64,000 bases of DNA, taken from contig CBDHDG010000002.1 in the NCBI GenBank assembly GCA_965261595.1, positions 32,001-96,000 on the forward strand. The letters are read 5' to 3'. Source of the DNA: a bacterium (GTDB taxonomy: Bacteria > UBA8248 > JACPRG01 > G963555815). Below, in pieces: positions 1-10,106 of the stretch. A model generated the notes under the pieces. It saw only the letters and a program-made list of their open reading frames with translations, was not told the DNA's origin and ran no database searches. Positions within the stretch are counted from its first letter, which is position 1; every line of letters starts with the position of its first letter. Made by a program: the position numbers and the translations under genes.

Positions 1-1057
1 CCGCAAGCCAAGCGGAAAGGCCGCGCAACTCCGACACGACGCCGCCGTCATGGCCTGTCATCAGGGCGAGAACCCGCCCGACCGGCAGACCGTCTTCGAT
101 GAGGTCAGCGAGATATCTTGCAGCGAGAAACTCGGCAATCTGCCGGTGTACCGGAGTTACACGGCCCTCGGACGGCGTCTCGAACAGCTTGGTGCCCAAT
201 GCATGACGAAGGATTTGCGGGGCCTCGCCGGGTATCCGCTCCAGTTCGGGAAAGTCGTGATCGCTCTCGTTGCCGGGTAGGGTGTACCCCGCGCCGCCGG
301 TCAGGAGTTGTACCGCGCAAAGCCGCCCCGCGGCGTCCATCAGACCGGGAATATCAACGCAGTCCGGCTTTGCTATCCGATGCTCTTGATTGTGCTCGCC
401 GAGCAATGTCCGGCAGGCCACATCGAACGTTTGCATCCGCGTATCGGGCCAAACGCCCTCACCTGCGACCGCATCCACCAGCATCCGCAAGCTTTGGGGA
501 TTTGCGAGCAAGCCATCTATTCCCCTCTCGCGGGCCGATGCGATGAACCCGTCCGCGTCTTCGATCTTGGTCCACCGGAGGATCTCGCGGATATCACTAT
601 CGGACAGCGGGTCGAGGCGCAGCACCGTGACCTCGCCGTCGCGCGATACGGCTTTCAGATGATCTCTGTCATTGGCTCCGAACCAGTCCGCTTCGCGGCA
701 GGACAGGCGGAACCGAGGGCGTCCCAAACGGTCGAACTTGGCGCGGATGCTATCGAACGGCGTGCGTCCGTCGGCCGATCCCGCCCGAGTCTCGTCGAGC
801 CCGTCGATATACAGCGCCGTGTCCCGCCATTCCGGCCTGTCGCCAAACGTCACGAAGTCACGCGCGGTGACGTAACACCCGCCAGTACACCCAGCTTCCC
901 GCTCGAACGCCCTCGTCTTGCCGGCGCCGGGAGCGCCGAGCAGGACATAGGCATCCGCCTCTCGAAAATTCTCCAGAGGCCGAGACGAGCTTTCCAATCC
1001 GTCCCGAGAGTCGCGTTCGCGAATCTCGGTGCATGTGCGCGCGACGAAATATGTCAT
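1..1057 (-). CDS. STAND/NACHT-type P-loop NTPase, 5' part (runs off the window)
   Basis: Hand translation from ATG 1057 (ATGA overlap with the upstream stop) is open to the window edge. Walker A GAPGAGKT, Walker B LYIDGLDE, then LSCR, NPQSL and HRQIAEFLAARYL. Absent from the ORF track because there is no stop in the window. Confidence 0.85.
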   Translation of the reverse strand, partial: MTYFVARTCTEIRERDSRDGLESSSRPLENFREADAYVLLGAPGAGKTRAFEREAGCTGGCYVTARDFVTFGDRPEWRDTALYIDGLDETRAGSADGRTPFDSIRAKFDRLGRPRFRLSCREADWFGANDRDHLKAVSRDGEVTVLRLDPLSDSDIREILRWTKIEDADGFIASARERGIDGLLANPQSLRMLVDAVAGEGVWPDTRMQTFDVACRTLLGEHNQEHRIAKPDCVDIPGLMDAAGRLCAVQLLTGGAGYTLPGNESDHDFPELERIPGEAPQILRHALGTKLFETPSEGRVTPVHRQIAEFLAARYLADLIEDGLPVGRVLALMTGHDGGVVSELRGLSAWLA

Positions 1058-2346
1058 GGGCTTTCGAACCATTCTCCAGCCGGGACTGACAGAAGCTCCG
1101 AAAGCGGAAGGCCGCCCTCGCCGACGACAATCGAGGCCGTGACGTCGAACCGCTCTCCGAATTCCCCGAGTCCGCTCACGCTCGACCGGCGCACGCCGCT
1201 CTTCACTTCAAAAGCGACGAGCCTCCGGCCGCGCTCCAGAACGAAATCCACCTCGTGGTTTCTGTCCCGCCAGAAATGAAGGCGAGCCTCGGGTGTTTTT
1301 GTATTGAACAGATGCGCCCCAACCGCGCTTTCAACCAGGCGCCCCCAGAAGCTCCGATCGGCTCGCGCCTCCTCGAACGTGTAGCCGGACTGAGCCGACA
1401 TGAGCGCGGTGTTGAGCACGTTGAGCTTGGGGCTCGAAGCCCTGCGGCGGTGAGCACCGCGGGCGTACTTGGAGAGACCCGTGATCAGACCGGCGTCCGA
1501 CAGCAGGTCCAGATAGCGCGCCAGGGTCGTCGTGTTCCCGGCGTCCTGGAGTTGGCCGAGCATCTTGTTATAGGAAAGAATCTGCCCGGAATACTCGGCG
1601 CCGAGTTCGAACAGCCGCTTCAGCAGCGCGGGCTTGTCCACCCGCTGCATTGCGAGAATGTCACGCTCGATATTCGGTTCGACCAGCGAGCCGACGATGT
1701 ATGCACGCCAGCGGTCCTGGTCGCGAACGAGCGATGCGGCGCCCGGATAGCCACCGAAATAGACATAGTGCGGAAGGTCGAAATCGAATGCCGCGGACAT
1801 TTCGGCAAACGACCAATGGGTGAGGTGGATGGTCTCGTACCGGCCAGCCAGGCTTTCGCTCATTCCCCTCTGCATGAGCAGAGGGGCCGAACCGAGCAGA
1901 ACCACATGGAGGGGGCAGCCGTGACGCCTGTCCGCGTCCCACAGTCCCTTGACCGTTTCCGACCAGTTCGGGATCTTCTGGATCTCGTCGATCGCCAGAA
2001 CAAAGCCCCGTTCCGATCTGTCGGCATCCATCCGGGCCTGTTCCCAATGACGCACCAGCCACCGCGTGTCTCTTTCGTCGGCAAAGGGGACAGCGGCCTG
2101 TTCCGGAAACACGGCCGTGTCGCCTTCAGGACCGGGAACGGCAGGGAGCGTAGCCCGATCAGGCTCGTCGACCGGCAGATAACGAGACTGTCGGTCGATC
2201 CGCTCCAGGACCTGCCGGACGAGCGTGGTCTTGCCCGTCTGGCGTGGCCCGGTGACGACGATCAGCCGTTGGGGTTCCTCGTCCAAGCGTTGGAGAAGCG
2301 TCGATTTCTGTGCGCGCTCATAGACATTCATTCTTACATGATACAT
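1054..2346 (-). CDS. AAA_14 ATPase with DUF4143 C-terminal domain
   Basis: GPRQTGKTT, IDEIQ, LGSA, ESLAGR, YFGGYP, and C-terminal EVDF...AFEVKSG. True start may be ATG 2331. Confidence 0.9.
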   Translation of the reverse strand: MYHVRMNVYERAQKSTLLQRLDEEPQRLIVVTGPRQTGKTTLVRQVLERIDRQSRYLPVDEPDRATLPAVPGPEGDTAVFPEQAAVPFADERDTRWLVRHWEQARMDADRSERGFVLAIDEIQKIPNWSETVKGLWDADRRHGCPLHVVLLGSAPLLMQRGMSESLAGRYETIHLTHWSFAEMSAAFDFDLPHYVYFGGYPGAASLVRDQDRWRAYIVGSLVEPNIERDILAMQRVDKPALLKRLFELGAEYSGQILSYNKMLGQLQDAGNTTTLARYLDLLSDAGLITGLSKYARGAHRRRASSPKLNVLNTALMSAQSGYTFEEARADRSFWGRLVESAVGAHLFNTKTPEARLHFWRDRNHEVDFVLERGRRLVAFEVKSGVRRSSVSGLGEFGERFDVTASIVVGEGGLPLSELLSVPAGEWFESP

Positions 2347-2678
2347 TCATGAGTATTTTTGCTCAATGGCGGGATTGACGGTTTCTGAAACCCCAAAACC
2401 ACTCTTTCCTCACGTAAGCGTGGAACAATTCAATGGTGGAGGGCCAGACCCAACATGAAGGCCGGTTCCTGGAGGAGGCCGTCAAGGCCATGATCCGCCG
2501 AGCGGTGGAGGTCACTCACGCTCCCGACGCTTCAAGTGGCGACCACTCTTCGAGGTCGTCTCACCCCGAGGAGGGGAAGCTTGTGCCGGCCTGTGTCCGG
2601 CCGAAACCGGCGCGATGCGTTCAGGAGGGACTTCATGAGGGACTAGTGAGAACCCGCAACGACACCTCCCGATTAGCC

Positions 2679-2858
2679 TTACGGTATGTCCTCCGCGATG
2701 CTCGCGGCGACCCGTTCCGCGGCCTCCTGCGCCGAATCCCGCGCTAGGTGGGCGTAGCACGCCGTCGTTTCGATGTGGGTATGGCCCAACAGCTTGGCGC
2801 GATCATCGGGAGAGTCTCGCCCAGCGCCAGGGCCCTGGACGCGAAGGAGTGGCATAAA
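2679..2858 (-). pseudogene. Tyrosine integrase 3' tail (frameshifted)
   Basis: HSFASRALALGETLPMI / KLLGHTHIETTACYAHLARDSAQEAAERVAASIA, closely matching the C-termini of 4748..5965 and 6176..7351. Confidence 0.85.
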
Positions 2859-2879
2859 TTGCGTTCGCATGACCCTCTT

Positions 2880-4127
2880 TCATATCACAGCGGTTTCGGC
2901 GGTAGCGTCCACGTTCATCAGGGCATCGATCCTGTCGGCGATGCGCTGTGAGGGTTCGCGGAGCTGCTCCACGGTCCAGTCGGCGGCGTAGCCTTCGGTG
3001 ATGTCATCATCACGGGCATGGTTGACCAGCCGCTTGGTCAGCGAGCGCGGCAGCATCAGTTCGCGCTCGGCCACCGTGATGAAGACATTGCGCAGGCCGT
3101 GGAACCAGAACCGGGTCCCGGCGGCGCGCCCGATATCGACGTAGTACTGGTGAATGCCGCCGAGATGGCCCGTCGAACTCATGGAGGAGGGGAACACCCA
3201 GCCGTCCGGGTCCTCTCCGTCCGCCCGGCGGCGCTCGAATATCGCCGCCAACTGCCGGGTGACGGGAAGCTCCAGCGGCTCTCCGGTCTTGGTCTCCTCG
3301 ACTCGCAGGATACGCCGCTCCAGTTCCAGGCGCTCCCATCTGAGCGAGACGATCTCGCCCAGGCGCATACCGGTATAGACCCCGACCAGGAAGATGTCGC
3401 GGTGCGCGGGCGGAAGCCCGACGGCATCCACACCGGCGCGCCAGCGCGGCAGCACCTCGGAAGGGGCGGAGATGCGCCGCCGCCGCTTGTGGTGATAGCG
3501 CCCGCCCCCGGCGAGCCAAAGTTCGACCGGGTTGCGCAAGCCCTCGTGATCGACACAGGACCGGCGGTAGATGGAACGCAACAACGAAATCGTCTGATTG
3601 GCGCCCGCCCAGCCGTGCTCCTCGGTGATGAGGTTGAACCGTCCCTCGATGTCCCGCCGGGTAATGGCGTCGAGCGGACGGTTGCGCCAGCCGTGGAGAT
3701 TGATCCGCATGTTCTGGCGGTAGCGCTCCACCGTCCTTGCCTTGCGATTGGGGTTGGCGGCCATGTAGTCCTCGAACGCTTCTCCGAGGGTCGGCATTCT
3801 CCGCGCTTCTGCGCGTTCGGAGGCGGGGTCGTCCCCTCCGGCGACACGGCCGAGCAGTTCCTGGGCCATGCGCCGCGCCTTGTCGGGGGTGATACGTCCG
3901 TAGCGTCCGAGGGTGACGCGCTTGTTGGGCGCCTTGCGCCCGCCGTCTCCGGCGCGGTAGTTGACGACGAAGGTCCTGGTGCCCGAGGGCTGGACGCGGA
4001 CGCCGAAGCCGGTGAGCTTGTCGTCCCATGCGATCCAGGGTTTGTCGGCGGGCTCGAGGGCCTCGACGGTTCGCTTGGTCAGGGTCAGCTTGACTTTGGC
4101 GATGCGTTTTACGGCGTGATTTTCCAT
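2880..4127 (-). CDS. Tyrosine recombinase/integrase with N-terminal arm-binding (DUF4102-like) domain
   Basis: WDDKLTGFGVRV at the N-terminus; catalytic set TGMR, K, HGLR, NH, EGY all present. Confidence 0.92.
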   Translation of the reverse strand: MENHAVKRIAKVKLTLTKRTVEALEPADKPWIAWDDKLTGFGVRVQPSGTRTFVVNYRAGDGGRKAPNKRVTLGRYGRITPDKARRMAQELLGRVAGGDDPASERAEARRMPTLGEAFEDYMAANPNRKARTVERYRQNMRINLHGWRNRPLDAITRRDIEGRFNLITEEHGWAGANQTISLLRSIYRRSCVDHEGLRNPVELWLAGGGRYHHKRRRRISAPSEVLPRWRAGVDAVGLPPAHRDIFLVGVYTGMRLGEIVSLRWERLELERRILRVEETKTGEPLELPVTRQLAAIFERRRADGEDPDGWVFPSSMSSTGHLGGIHQYYVDIGRAAGTRFWFHGLRNVFITVAERELMLPRSLTKRLVNHARDDDITEGYAADWTVEQLREPSQRIADRIDALMNVDATAETAVI

Positions 4128-4315
4128 GCGGACATTATAACCAACCCCGCGAAATGTTCAACCCGATATTCAACACAATGAAGTAAACCGGTGTCCTGAC
4201 ATTCGCACCAATGGCGAGCGAGGCGGGGCGATCATTTCGGTTAACATACTGAAACACATGTATATACGTCGTCATTCGTCTGTTTATGTGTATCCGTGAC
4301 CAATTCTATTGATGA

Positions 4316-4751
4316 ATGCTGGGACGACGTGGACCGCACGGCGGGCGAGTTGAGGCTCAGGGACGCCAAGTCGGGTCCGCGCATGGCGCCCCTAACCGGG
4401 CACGTGCTGAGAGTGCTTAACGGCATTCCCCGTATCGAAGGCACTCCCTGGGTGCTTGTCGGACAAAGGCCGGGGACCGGTCTGACGAACCTCGACCACT
4501 ACTGGCAACCCATCCGGGCGCAGGCCGGCTTGGATGACGTCCGGATTCACGACATCCGGCACAGCTATGCATCGAGGGCCCTGGCGCTGGGCGAGAGCCT
4601 GCCCGTGATCGGCAAGCTGCTCGGTCACAGTCAAGTATCAACGACAGCACGTTATGCGCACTTGATGCGGGATGCGGAGAAGGAAGCCGCGACCCGGGTG
4701 GGCGACAGCATCGGCGCCCACATCGGGCCGCGGAGCACCGAGGCGGCATGA
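4316..4751 (+). pseudogene. Tyrosine integrase, C-terminal third only
   Basis: WDDVDRTAGELRLRDAKSG...HDIRHSYASRAL...LGH...TTARYAHL; no N-terminal domains; stop overlaps the next ATG. Confidence 0.88.
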
Positions 4752-5965
4752 GGCTGGATGACATGGCGAAGCTGGAATACAAGACGCTCTCGAACCGCAC
4801 GGTCGAGAAGCTGAAGGTAGAAAAAGACACGGTGTTCTGGGATCACGAGCTCACCGGCTTCGGGGTGCGGGTCTATCCCGCGGGCGGCAAGGTCTATGTC
4901 GCCCAGGCCCGGGGACCGGGGGGACCGAAGCGGGTCACGGTGGGCCGGCACGGGGTGCTCGGCGCGGAGCAGGCACGTCAGCGGGCGGCCCTGATCATCG
5001 CCCGGGTCAAGGCCGGCGAGGAGCCGGTGCCCGAGCCCATGGCGGTGAAGCTGTCCGGTGGGCCGACAGTGGGCCAGCTTGCGAGGCGGTTTCTCGAAGA
5101 GCACGTGGCGGTGCGCTACAAGCCGAGCACCATGAAGTCGACCCGGACGGTGGTGAATCGTCATATCGTGCCCGCCCTCGGTCAGCTACCGCTGGAGGCG
5201 GTCAGCCGCGCACGGGTCATGGAGCTGCATGACGAACTCTACGAGACCCCTGCGATGGCGAACATGGTGGTCCGCACCCTGTCGCTGATGTACAGGCTGG
5301 CCGAGAGCTGGGGGCTCGTTCCGGAGGGATGCAACCCCTGCCGGCTGGCGGTCAGGTTTCCCGAGCGCAAGCGGGAAAGGTTTCTGACCGATGGAGAGTT
5401 CACCCGCCTGGGAAAGGTACTGGATGAGGTCGAGACCCGGGGCGGCGCGTCGGCATCCGCGGTGACCGCTCTCCGTCTGCTTATGCTGACCGGATGCCGG
5501 AAGAACGAGATCCTGACCCTGCGGTGGGAGGACGTGGCGCTGGATCAGAACGAATTGAGACTGCCCGACGCCAAGACGGGCGCACGGGTGGTTCCATTGT
5601 CGCCCTCGGCGGTGAGGCTTCTTTCCGGTCTGCCGCGAGAACCGGCCAACCCCTGTGTCATTCCCGGGCGGAAGCCGGGCACGCATATGAGCAACGTGGA
5701 TCAGGCCTGGCAGGTCATCCGGGCGCGGGCCGGCTTGGAGGACTTTCGAATTCATGATCTACGTCATTCGTATGCCAGCCGTGCACTGGCGCTGGGCGAG
5801 AGTTTGCCGATGATCGGAAAGCTGTTGGGCCACAGCCAAGTCGAGACCACGGCGCGCTATGCCCATCTGGCGCGGGATTCGGTGCAGGAGGCCGCAGCCC
5901 GTATCGCCGACAGTATCGCGACCGACATTCTGGGCGAAGGCTGGAGGCCGGCTTCCGGTTCATGA
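4748..5965 (+). CDS. Tyrosine recombinase/integrase (DUF4102-like arm domain)
   Basis: WDHELTGFGVRV; TGCR, DAKTG, HDLRH, LGH, RY intact. Confidence 0.93.
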   Translation: MRLDDMAKLEYKTLSNRTVEKLKVEKDTVFWDHELTGFGVRVYPAGGKVYVAQARGPGGPKRVTVGRHGVLGAEQARQRAALIIARVKAGEEPVPEPMAVKLSGGPTVGQLARRFLEEHVAVRYKPSTMKSTRTVVNRHIVPALGQLPLEAVSRARVMELHDELYETPAMANMVVRTLSLMYRLAESWGLVPEGCNPCRLAVRFPERKRERFLTDGEFTRLGKVLDEVETRGGASASAVTALRLLMLTGCRKNEILTLRWEDVALDQNELRLPDAKTGARVVPLSPSAVRLLSGLPREPANPCVIPGRKPGTHMSNVDQAWQVIRARAGLEDFRIHDLRHSYASRALALGESLPMIGKLLGHSQVETTARYAHLARDSVQEAAARIADSIATDILGEGWRPASGS

Positions 5966-6164
5966 TCTTTGCCACACCTACGCCTCGCGCGCCCTGGCGC
6001 TCGGAGAAAGCCTGACGATGATCGGTCAGCTTCTCGGACATTCCAAGGTCGGCACCACCGCCCGCTATGCGCATCTCGTGCACGACGCCGAGAAGGCCGC
6101 CGCCGCCCGCACCGGCGACAGCATCGGCGCCCATCTCGTGCCGCAAGCCGCCGCGGCGGCGTAA
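5958..6164 (+). pseudogene. Tyrosine integrase 3' tail
   Basis: VHDLCHTYASRALALGESL...LGH...TTARYAHLVHDAEKAAAARTGDSIGAH, a paralogue of the 4316..4751 tail. Confidence 0.88.
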
Positions 6165-6175
6165 GGCCGGACGTT

Positions 6176-7351
6176 ATGGCGATACTGCAATACAGGGCGC
6201 TTTCCAGCCGCACGGTGGCGGCGCTGACCGTCGAGCGCGACACCGTGTTCTGGGACCGCGAGCTCAAGGGGTTCGGGGTCCGGATCCATCCGACCGGCGG
6301 CAAGGTCTATGTCGCCCAGGCGCGGGGGCCGAACGGGCAGAAGCGGGTGACGGTCGGGCGCCACCCGTTGATTGGGGCCGAGCAGGCGCGCCTGCGGGCG
6401 GCGCTCATCATCACGCGCATCAAGGCCGGGGAGGATCCGGTTCCCCTGCCGCTCGCGGCGAAGTTCGCCGGCGGCCCGACCGTGACCGACCTGGCGCGGC
6501 GCTATCTCGAAGAGCATGTCGCGGTCCGCTGCAAGCCGAAGACCGCGCGGACCGCCCGCAGCGTTGTCAACCGCCATATCGTGCCGGCGCTCGGCAGGCT
6601 GCCGCTGGCCGCGGTGGAGCGCCAACACGTCATGGAGCTCCACGAGAGCCTGTGCGAGACCCCTGCGATGGCCAACATGACGGTCAAGACGCTGACCCAC
6701 ATGTATGCCCTTGCCAGGGACTGGGGCATAGCCCCGGAAGACTGCCATCCGTGCCAGTCCATCCCGATGAACCCCAAGCGCAGCCGGGAGCGGTTCCTGA
6801 CCGACGCCGAGTTCACCCGGCTGGGGCAGGTGCTGGACGAGGTTTCGGGCAAGGGCAGCCGCGTATCCGCAGGCGCGGTTGCGACGATCCGTCTCCTGAT
6901 GCTGACGGGCTGCCGCAGAAACGAAATCCTGACCCTGCGCTGGGAGCATGTCGATCTCGACGCGGCCGAGATTCATCTCGCCGACGGGAAGACTGGCGCC
7001 CGGACGGTTCACCTGTCGCCGTCGGCGGTCCGCGTCCTCAAGGCCCTGCCGCGCAAGCCCGGCAATCCCTGGGTGATCCCGGGAAACAAGCCTGGCAGGC
7101 ACATGACCGACATCGACGGGGCGTGGGAGGTCATCCGCACGCGGGCCGGGCTCCGCGACGTGCGCATTCACGATATCCGACACAGCTTCGCCTCGAGGGC
7201 GCTCGCGCTCGGCGAGGGCCTGCCGATCATCGGGCGGCTCCTTGGGCACCGCCAGGTCGAAACCACCGCGCGCTACGCACACCTCGCGCGCGATTCGGTT
7301 GGGGAATCCGCCGAACGGATCTCCGTCAGCATCGCCGCCGAATTCCTCTAG
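6176..7351 (+). CDS. Tyrosine recombinase/integrase, paralogue of 4748..5965
   Basis: Start MAILQYRALSSRTV aligns with MAKLEYKTLSNRTV; TGCR, DGKTG, HDIRH, LGH, RY intact. Confidence 0.93.
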   Translation: MAILQYRALSSRTVAALTVERDTVFWDRELKGFGVRIHPTGGKVYVAQARGPNGQKRVTVGRHPLIGAEQARLRAALIITRIKAGEDPVPLPLAAKFAGGPTVTDLARRYLEEHVAVRCKPKTARTARSVVNRHIVPALGRLPLAAVERQHVMELHESLCETPAMANMTVKTLTHMYALARDWGIAPEDCHPCQSIPMNPKRSRERFLTDAEFTRLGQVLDEVSGKGSRVSAGAVATIRLLMLTGCRRNEILTLRWEHVDLDAAEIHLADGKTGARTVHLSPSAVRVLKALPRKPGNPWVIPGNKPGRHMTDIDGAWEVIRTRAGLRDVRIHDIRHSFASRALALGEGLPIIGRLLGHRQVETTARYAHLARDSVGESAERISVSIAAEFL

Positions 7352-7484
7352 GCGCTTCAATTCGGGTTACGCGGCGACCCTTCCCGCTGCTGGCGTACGC
7401 TGGGTACCTACCTCTACGTGCCATCGGCTGGGCGGAGCCTGATCGAAATGAGATGAGAAGCGCAGACCAAGCCCAACAGGGAGG

Positions 7485-8786
7485 TTGGCTCAGATGCCAA
7501 TGTCGAGAGACGAAAAGTTCGAGAAGGTGCAACGCCTCCTCACAGCGCACAGTAAGACCAAGGAGCTGCTGGAAAACGCGCCGGTCACGTGGGAGGTACA
7601 CCCAGGCACCGACATCGCGCGCAATTGGACGGTGATCACCGCTGCGTACAGCGGGCTCGAGCAAACTATGAAGTATCTAATCGCAGAGGAGAACTCCCAG
7701 AGCATCGCAGAATTGATTAAATTTCGGGAGGGCAAGAACCTCCCGTACCAAACACACGACTTGTTGAAACTGTTCTCGAAGCTCGCAGAGCCGACGCAAG
7801 ACGTCGTCCGAGATTTCTACGGGCGATTCCAATCGCTGCATTCGTACATCAGCGAGGAGACTGTGGGTAAGTTCCTGAGTGTGGTCTCAGAGGCGGACGG
7901 ACACGGATATGAACGATGGCGCTATACGCTGATCGAGGACAGACCGCTTCCGAGGAATAGTCCGGAAGCATTGGTGGCCCTCTGGGGGGTATGCGTCCAA
8001 ATCGCACGGGAGAGGGCCTGGGAGAAACCACGGGTACGAATGCCCAACGAGGCACTGTCATGGGAGTTCTGCAATCAGCTTGAGACTCTGGAACAGAACG
8101 TATCCATCGACCGACAAAACGCGGGCGAACCATTCCAAGACATCGCGGGCGAAACCAGGGAATGGCTATGGAGGACCGGGCACCCCCTGAATGCCTTTGC
8201 CGACGTCTTGTGGCACTTCAGCAGATTCAGCGAACACGGCCAAGCCGACGTATCCAAGTGGTTATCGGATGCACTGACAAGGTGGGCACAGGTCGTTCTG
8301 AAGAACCCTGCCATCGCAGGTGCGACATCGCTGCGAGCGTTCGTAAAACGCGCACAAGGCCAGACACCGGACGGACGAAGCATTCGCTGGGACCGGAACG
8401 CCAATCGCTTCGAAGACGTCCCGTGGTCGTTGGAGAACCGCCATCAGGCCGCATTGGCGCCAGACGCCGTCGTGATCGGCGATCCGACGGGAATGCGACT
8501 ACGCATGCTGTGGCAAGCAGCCAAAGGGAGCGGATACCGAGTACTAGAAAACCGGAGCTTCAAAGGCCCGGCGAACGAAGACCGGTGGTTCTGTACAGTG
8601 GAGGTACAAACCGCCGTTGATGGCGATGAGAGACCAATCCTCTCGATATGGGAGAAACGAAATAACGATGAATTTGAATTCTACATGGTAGAGCAATGTT
8701 CACTCGAAGCAATAGACGCAGACATGCGCACATGGATTGAGATGGTCGCGTTGAAGGCTCAACCGAAGGCCAGCTGGGGTGCGTGA
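7485..8786 (+). CDS. Hypothetical protein with N-terminal HEPN-like domain
   Basis: 433-aa ORF, lower GC, GGAGG at the start; LEQTMKYL...THDLLKLF...RWRY resembles the HEPN E-x3-K / H-x-L / RY pattern. Confidence 0.6.
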   Translation: MAQMPMSRDEKFEKVQRLLTAHSKTKELLENAPVTWEVHPGTDIARNWTVITAAYSGLEQTMKYLIAEENSQSIAELIKFREGKNLPYQTHDLLKLFSKLAEPTQDVVRDFYGRFQSLHSYISEETVGKFLSVVSEADGHGYERWRYTLIEDRPLPRNSPEALVALWGVCVQIARERAWEKPRVRMPNEALSWEFCNQLETLEQNVSIDRQNAGEPFQDIAGETREWLWRTGHPLNAFADVLWHFSRFSEHGQADVSKWLSDALTRWAQVVLKNPAIAGATSLRAFVKRAQGQTPDGRSIRWDRNANRFEDVPWSLENRHQAALAPDAVVIGDPTGMRLRMLWQAAKGSGYRVLENRSFKGPANEDRWFCTVEVQTAVDGDERPILSIWEKRNNDEFEFYMVEQCSLEAIDADMRTWIEMVALKAQPKASWGA

Positions 8787-8889
8787 AGAGTGGCGGATTA
8801 CCGGCTTCGCCCGCCGTCACGCCTGGGCTCACGTTTACGCCGCCGAAGCGACACACCGCGACGATACTCCCGTAGCGGTCCCGGGTGCA

Positions 8890-8990
8890 TTACTCGCACA
8901 CCCTGCCATTCCCGTCCGCATCACGCATGTAGCGGTAGGCCGGGTACGAGCGCGGGATCGGAGCGATCACGTCCCCCTCCGAGGCGTTGA
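8890..8990 (-). pseudogene. Excalibur-like Ca-binding domain remnant
   Basis: Hand translation IAPIPRSYPAYRYMRDADGNGRVCE-stop (DxDGxGxxCE motif). Confidence 0.6.
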
Positions 8991-9094
8991 TGCCGCGGGC
9001 CTGTTGAACACTACCTAACGGCGGCATCGTCGGGAACGAAGCCCGCCGGCGTTCCTACCGCAGGCGTCCGATCGCATATAGCCATCGGCCTGCT

Positions 9095-9195
9095 GCGCTG
9101 CGCCTCGACCGTCCAGGTCTTCGCCGTGGCGCCGTCCGCCGCGGTGACCGTCACCGCGATCGACTGCGTCTGTCCCGACGCCACCGCCACCTGGT
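9095..9195 (-). pseudogene. Cadherin-like beta-sandwich remnant
   Basis: VAVASGQTQSIAVTVTAADGATAKTWTV. Confidence 0.6.
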
Positions 9196-9204
9196 GGCCG
9201 TTGC

Positions 9205-9929
9205 CTGTTCGGGTCGTGGCCGTGATTCTGGAGCGCTGCGGCGAGCGAGCGAAACACGGGAGGCGCGTATTCGGGTGCGACGAGCGGCAGGAGGCGGTGC
9301 ACGTTCTGCACCGCGATGGCCTTGTGACCGATCGCACGAAGATCCCGGATGCCGTATCTGAAGAGGAGCTCGGAGAGTTGGTCCGGCGTCGCGAATCGGG
9401 CGAAATCGAGGATAGCGGGATCGACAGCCCCGAGATCCCAGCGATCCAAGGCATCGATCAAGCTTTTTCGGGCCGCCTCCACCGTCCCGGCTACGGGGTC
9501 CGGCCGCGGACCCATCGTCCAGCCGCTCTGGCGGCGCTCCGCTTCCTGGGCGCGCTTAAAATAGTCGAGCGCCCAGAATACCGGTAGCCAGCGCTCCTTG
9601 TCTGGCAGGTTGAGCGCCGTCAGGTGGACGGATTGCAGCGCAAGCACCGTGTGGTACTTGAAGCCGACATCGGGGAAGGGTTGGACACGGCGTGAAGTCG
9701 CGACGGCCAAAGCGGTCAGGGTCCTGCGGTGATCGAGACCGTCCCTGATCAGGCGCGCAAGCTCAGCGGCGACACGTTCGCGGGGTGTTTCTTCCACGAG
9801 GCGATGCAGGGCACCAACCTCGGGAAGAGTTTGTGCCAGACCCAGCCCGCCACTCAAGCTTAGCGCGGCTGCGCTACCGGTGGCGCGCAGAAACATTCGA
9901 CGATCCACGGTGCTCAATATACGGCCCAT
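9205..9929 (-). pseudogene. Tat-exported hypothetical protein, 3'-truncated
   Basis: DRRMFLR twin-arginine motif with hydrophobic core and GLA-Q site; protein-like sequence ends at NHGHDPN where the cadherin remnant abuts. Confidence 0.6.
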
Positions 9930-10106
9930 TTGCAGGCCAGCCCATGACTTTCGCCACCCGTAGCGAGGCGACGCGATCAAGCTGTATTCGGCAAGCAGGT
10001 CTCGTTTTCTATGTCCGGTCTGAAGCGATCCCCCCGGAGGCCCAGTCGTAAGGCTCGGCGCAGCGACGCTTCTCCCGCCCGCGCGAAGCGCGGCCCCGCT
10101 CAACGC

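Noticed and set aside
308..1279. 323-aa plus-strand ORF and many other long Arg/Pro/Gly-rich ORFs (e.g. 6067..7635, 24538..26025, 30931..32721, 59190..61361)
   Set aside because: Shadow frames of real high-GC genes, with no motifs.
2433..2520. Possible FitA-like antitoxin scrap (GRFLEEAVKAMIRRAVE)
   Set aside because: Too short, and no partner toxin follows.
4128..8800. Classical integron
   Set aside because: The integrases carry arm-binding domains rather than the IntI insertion, and no attC-like sites were seen.
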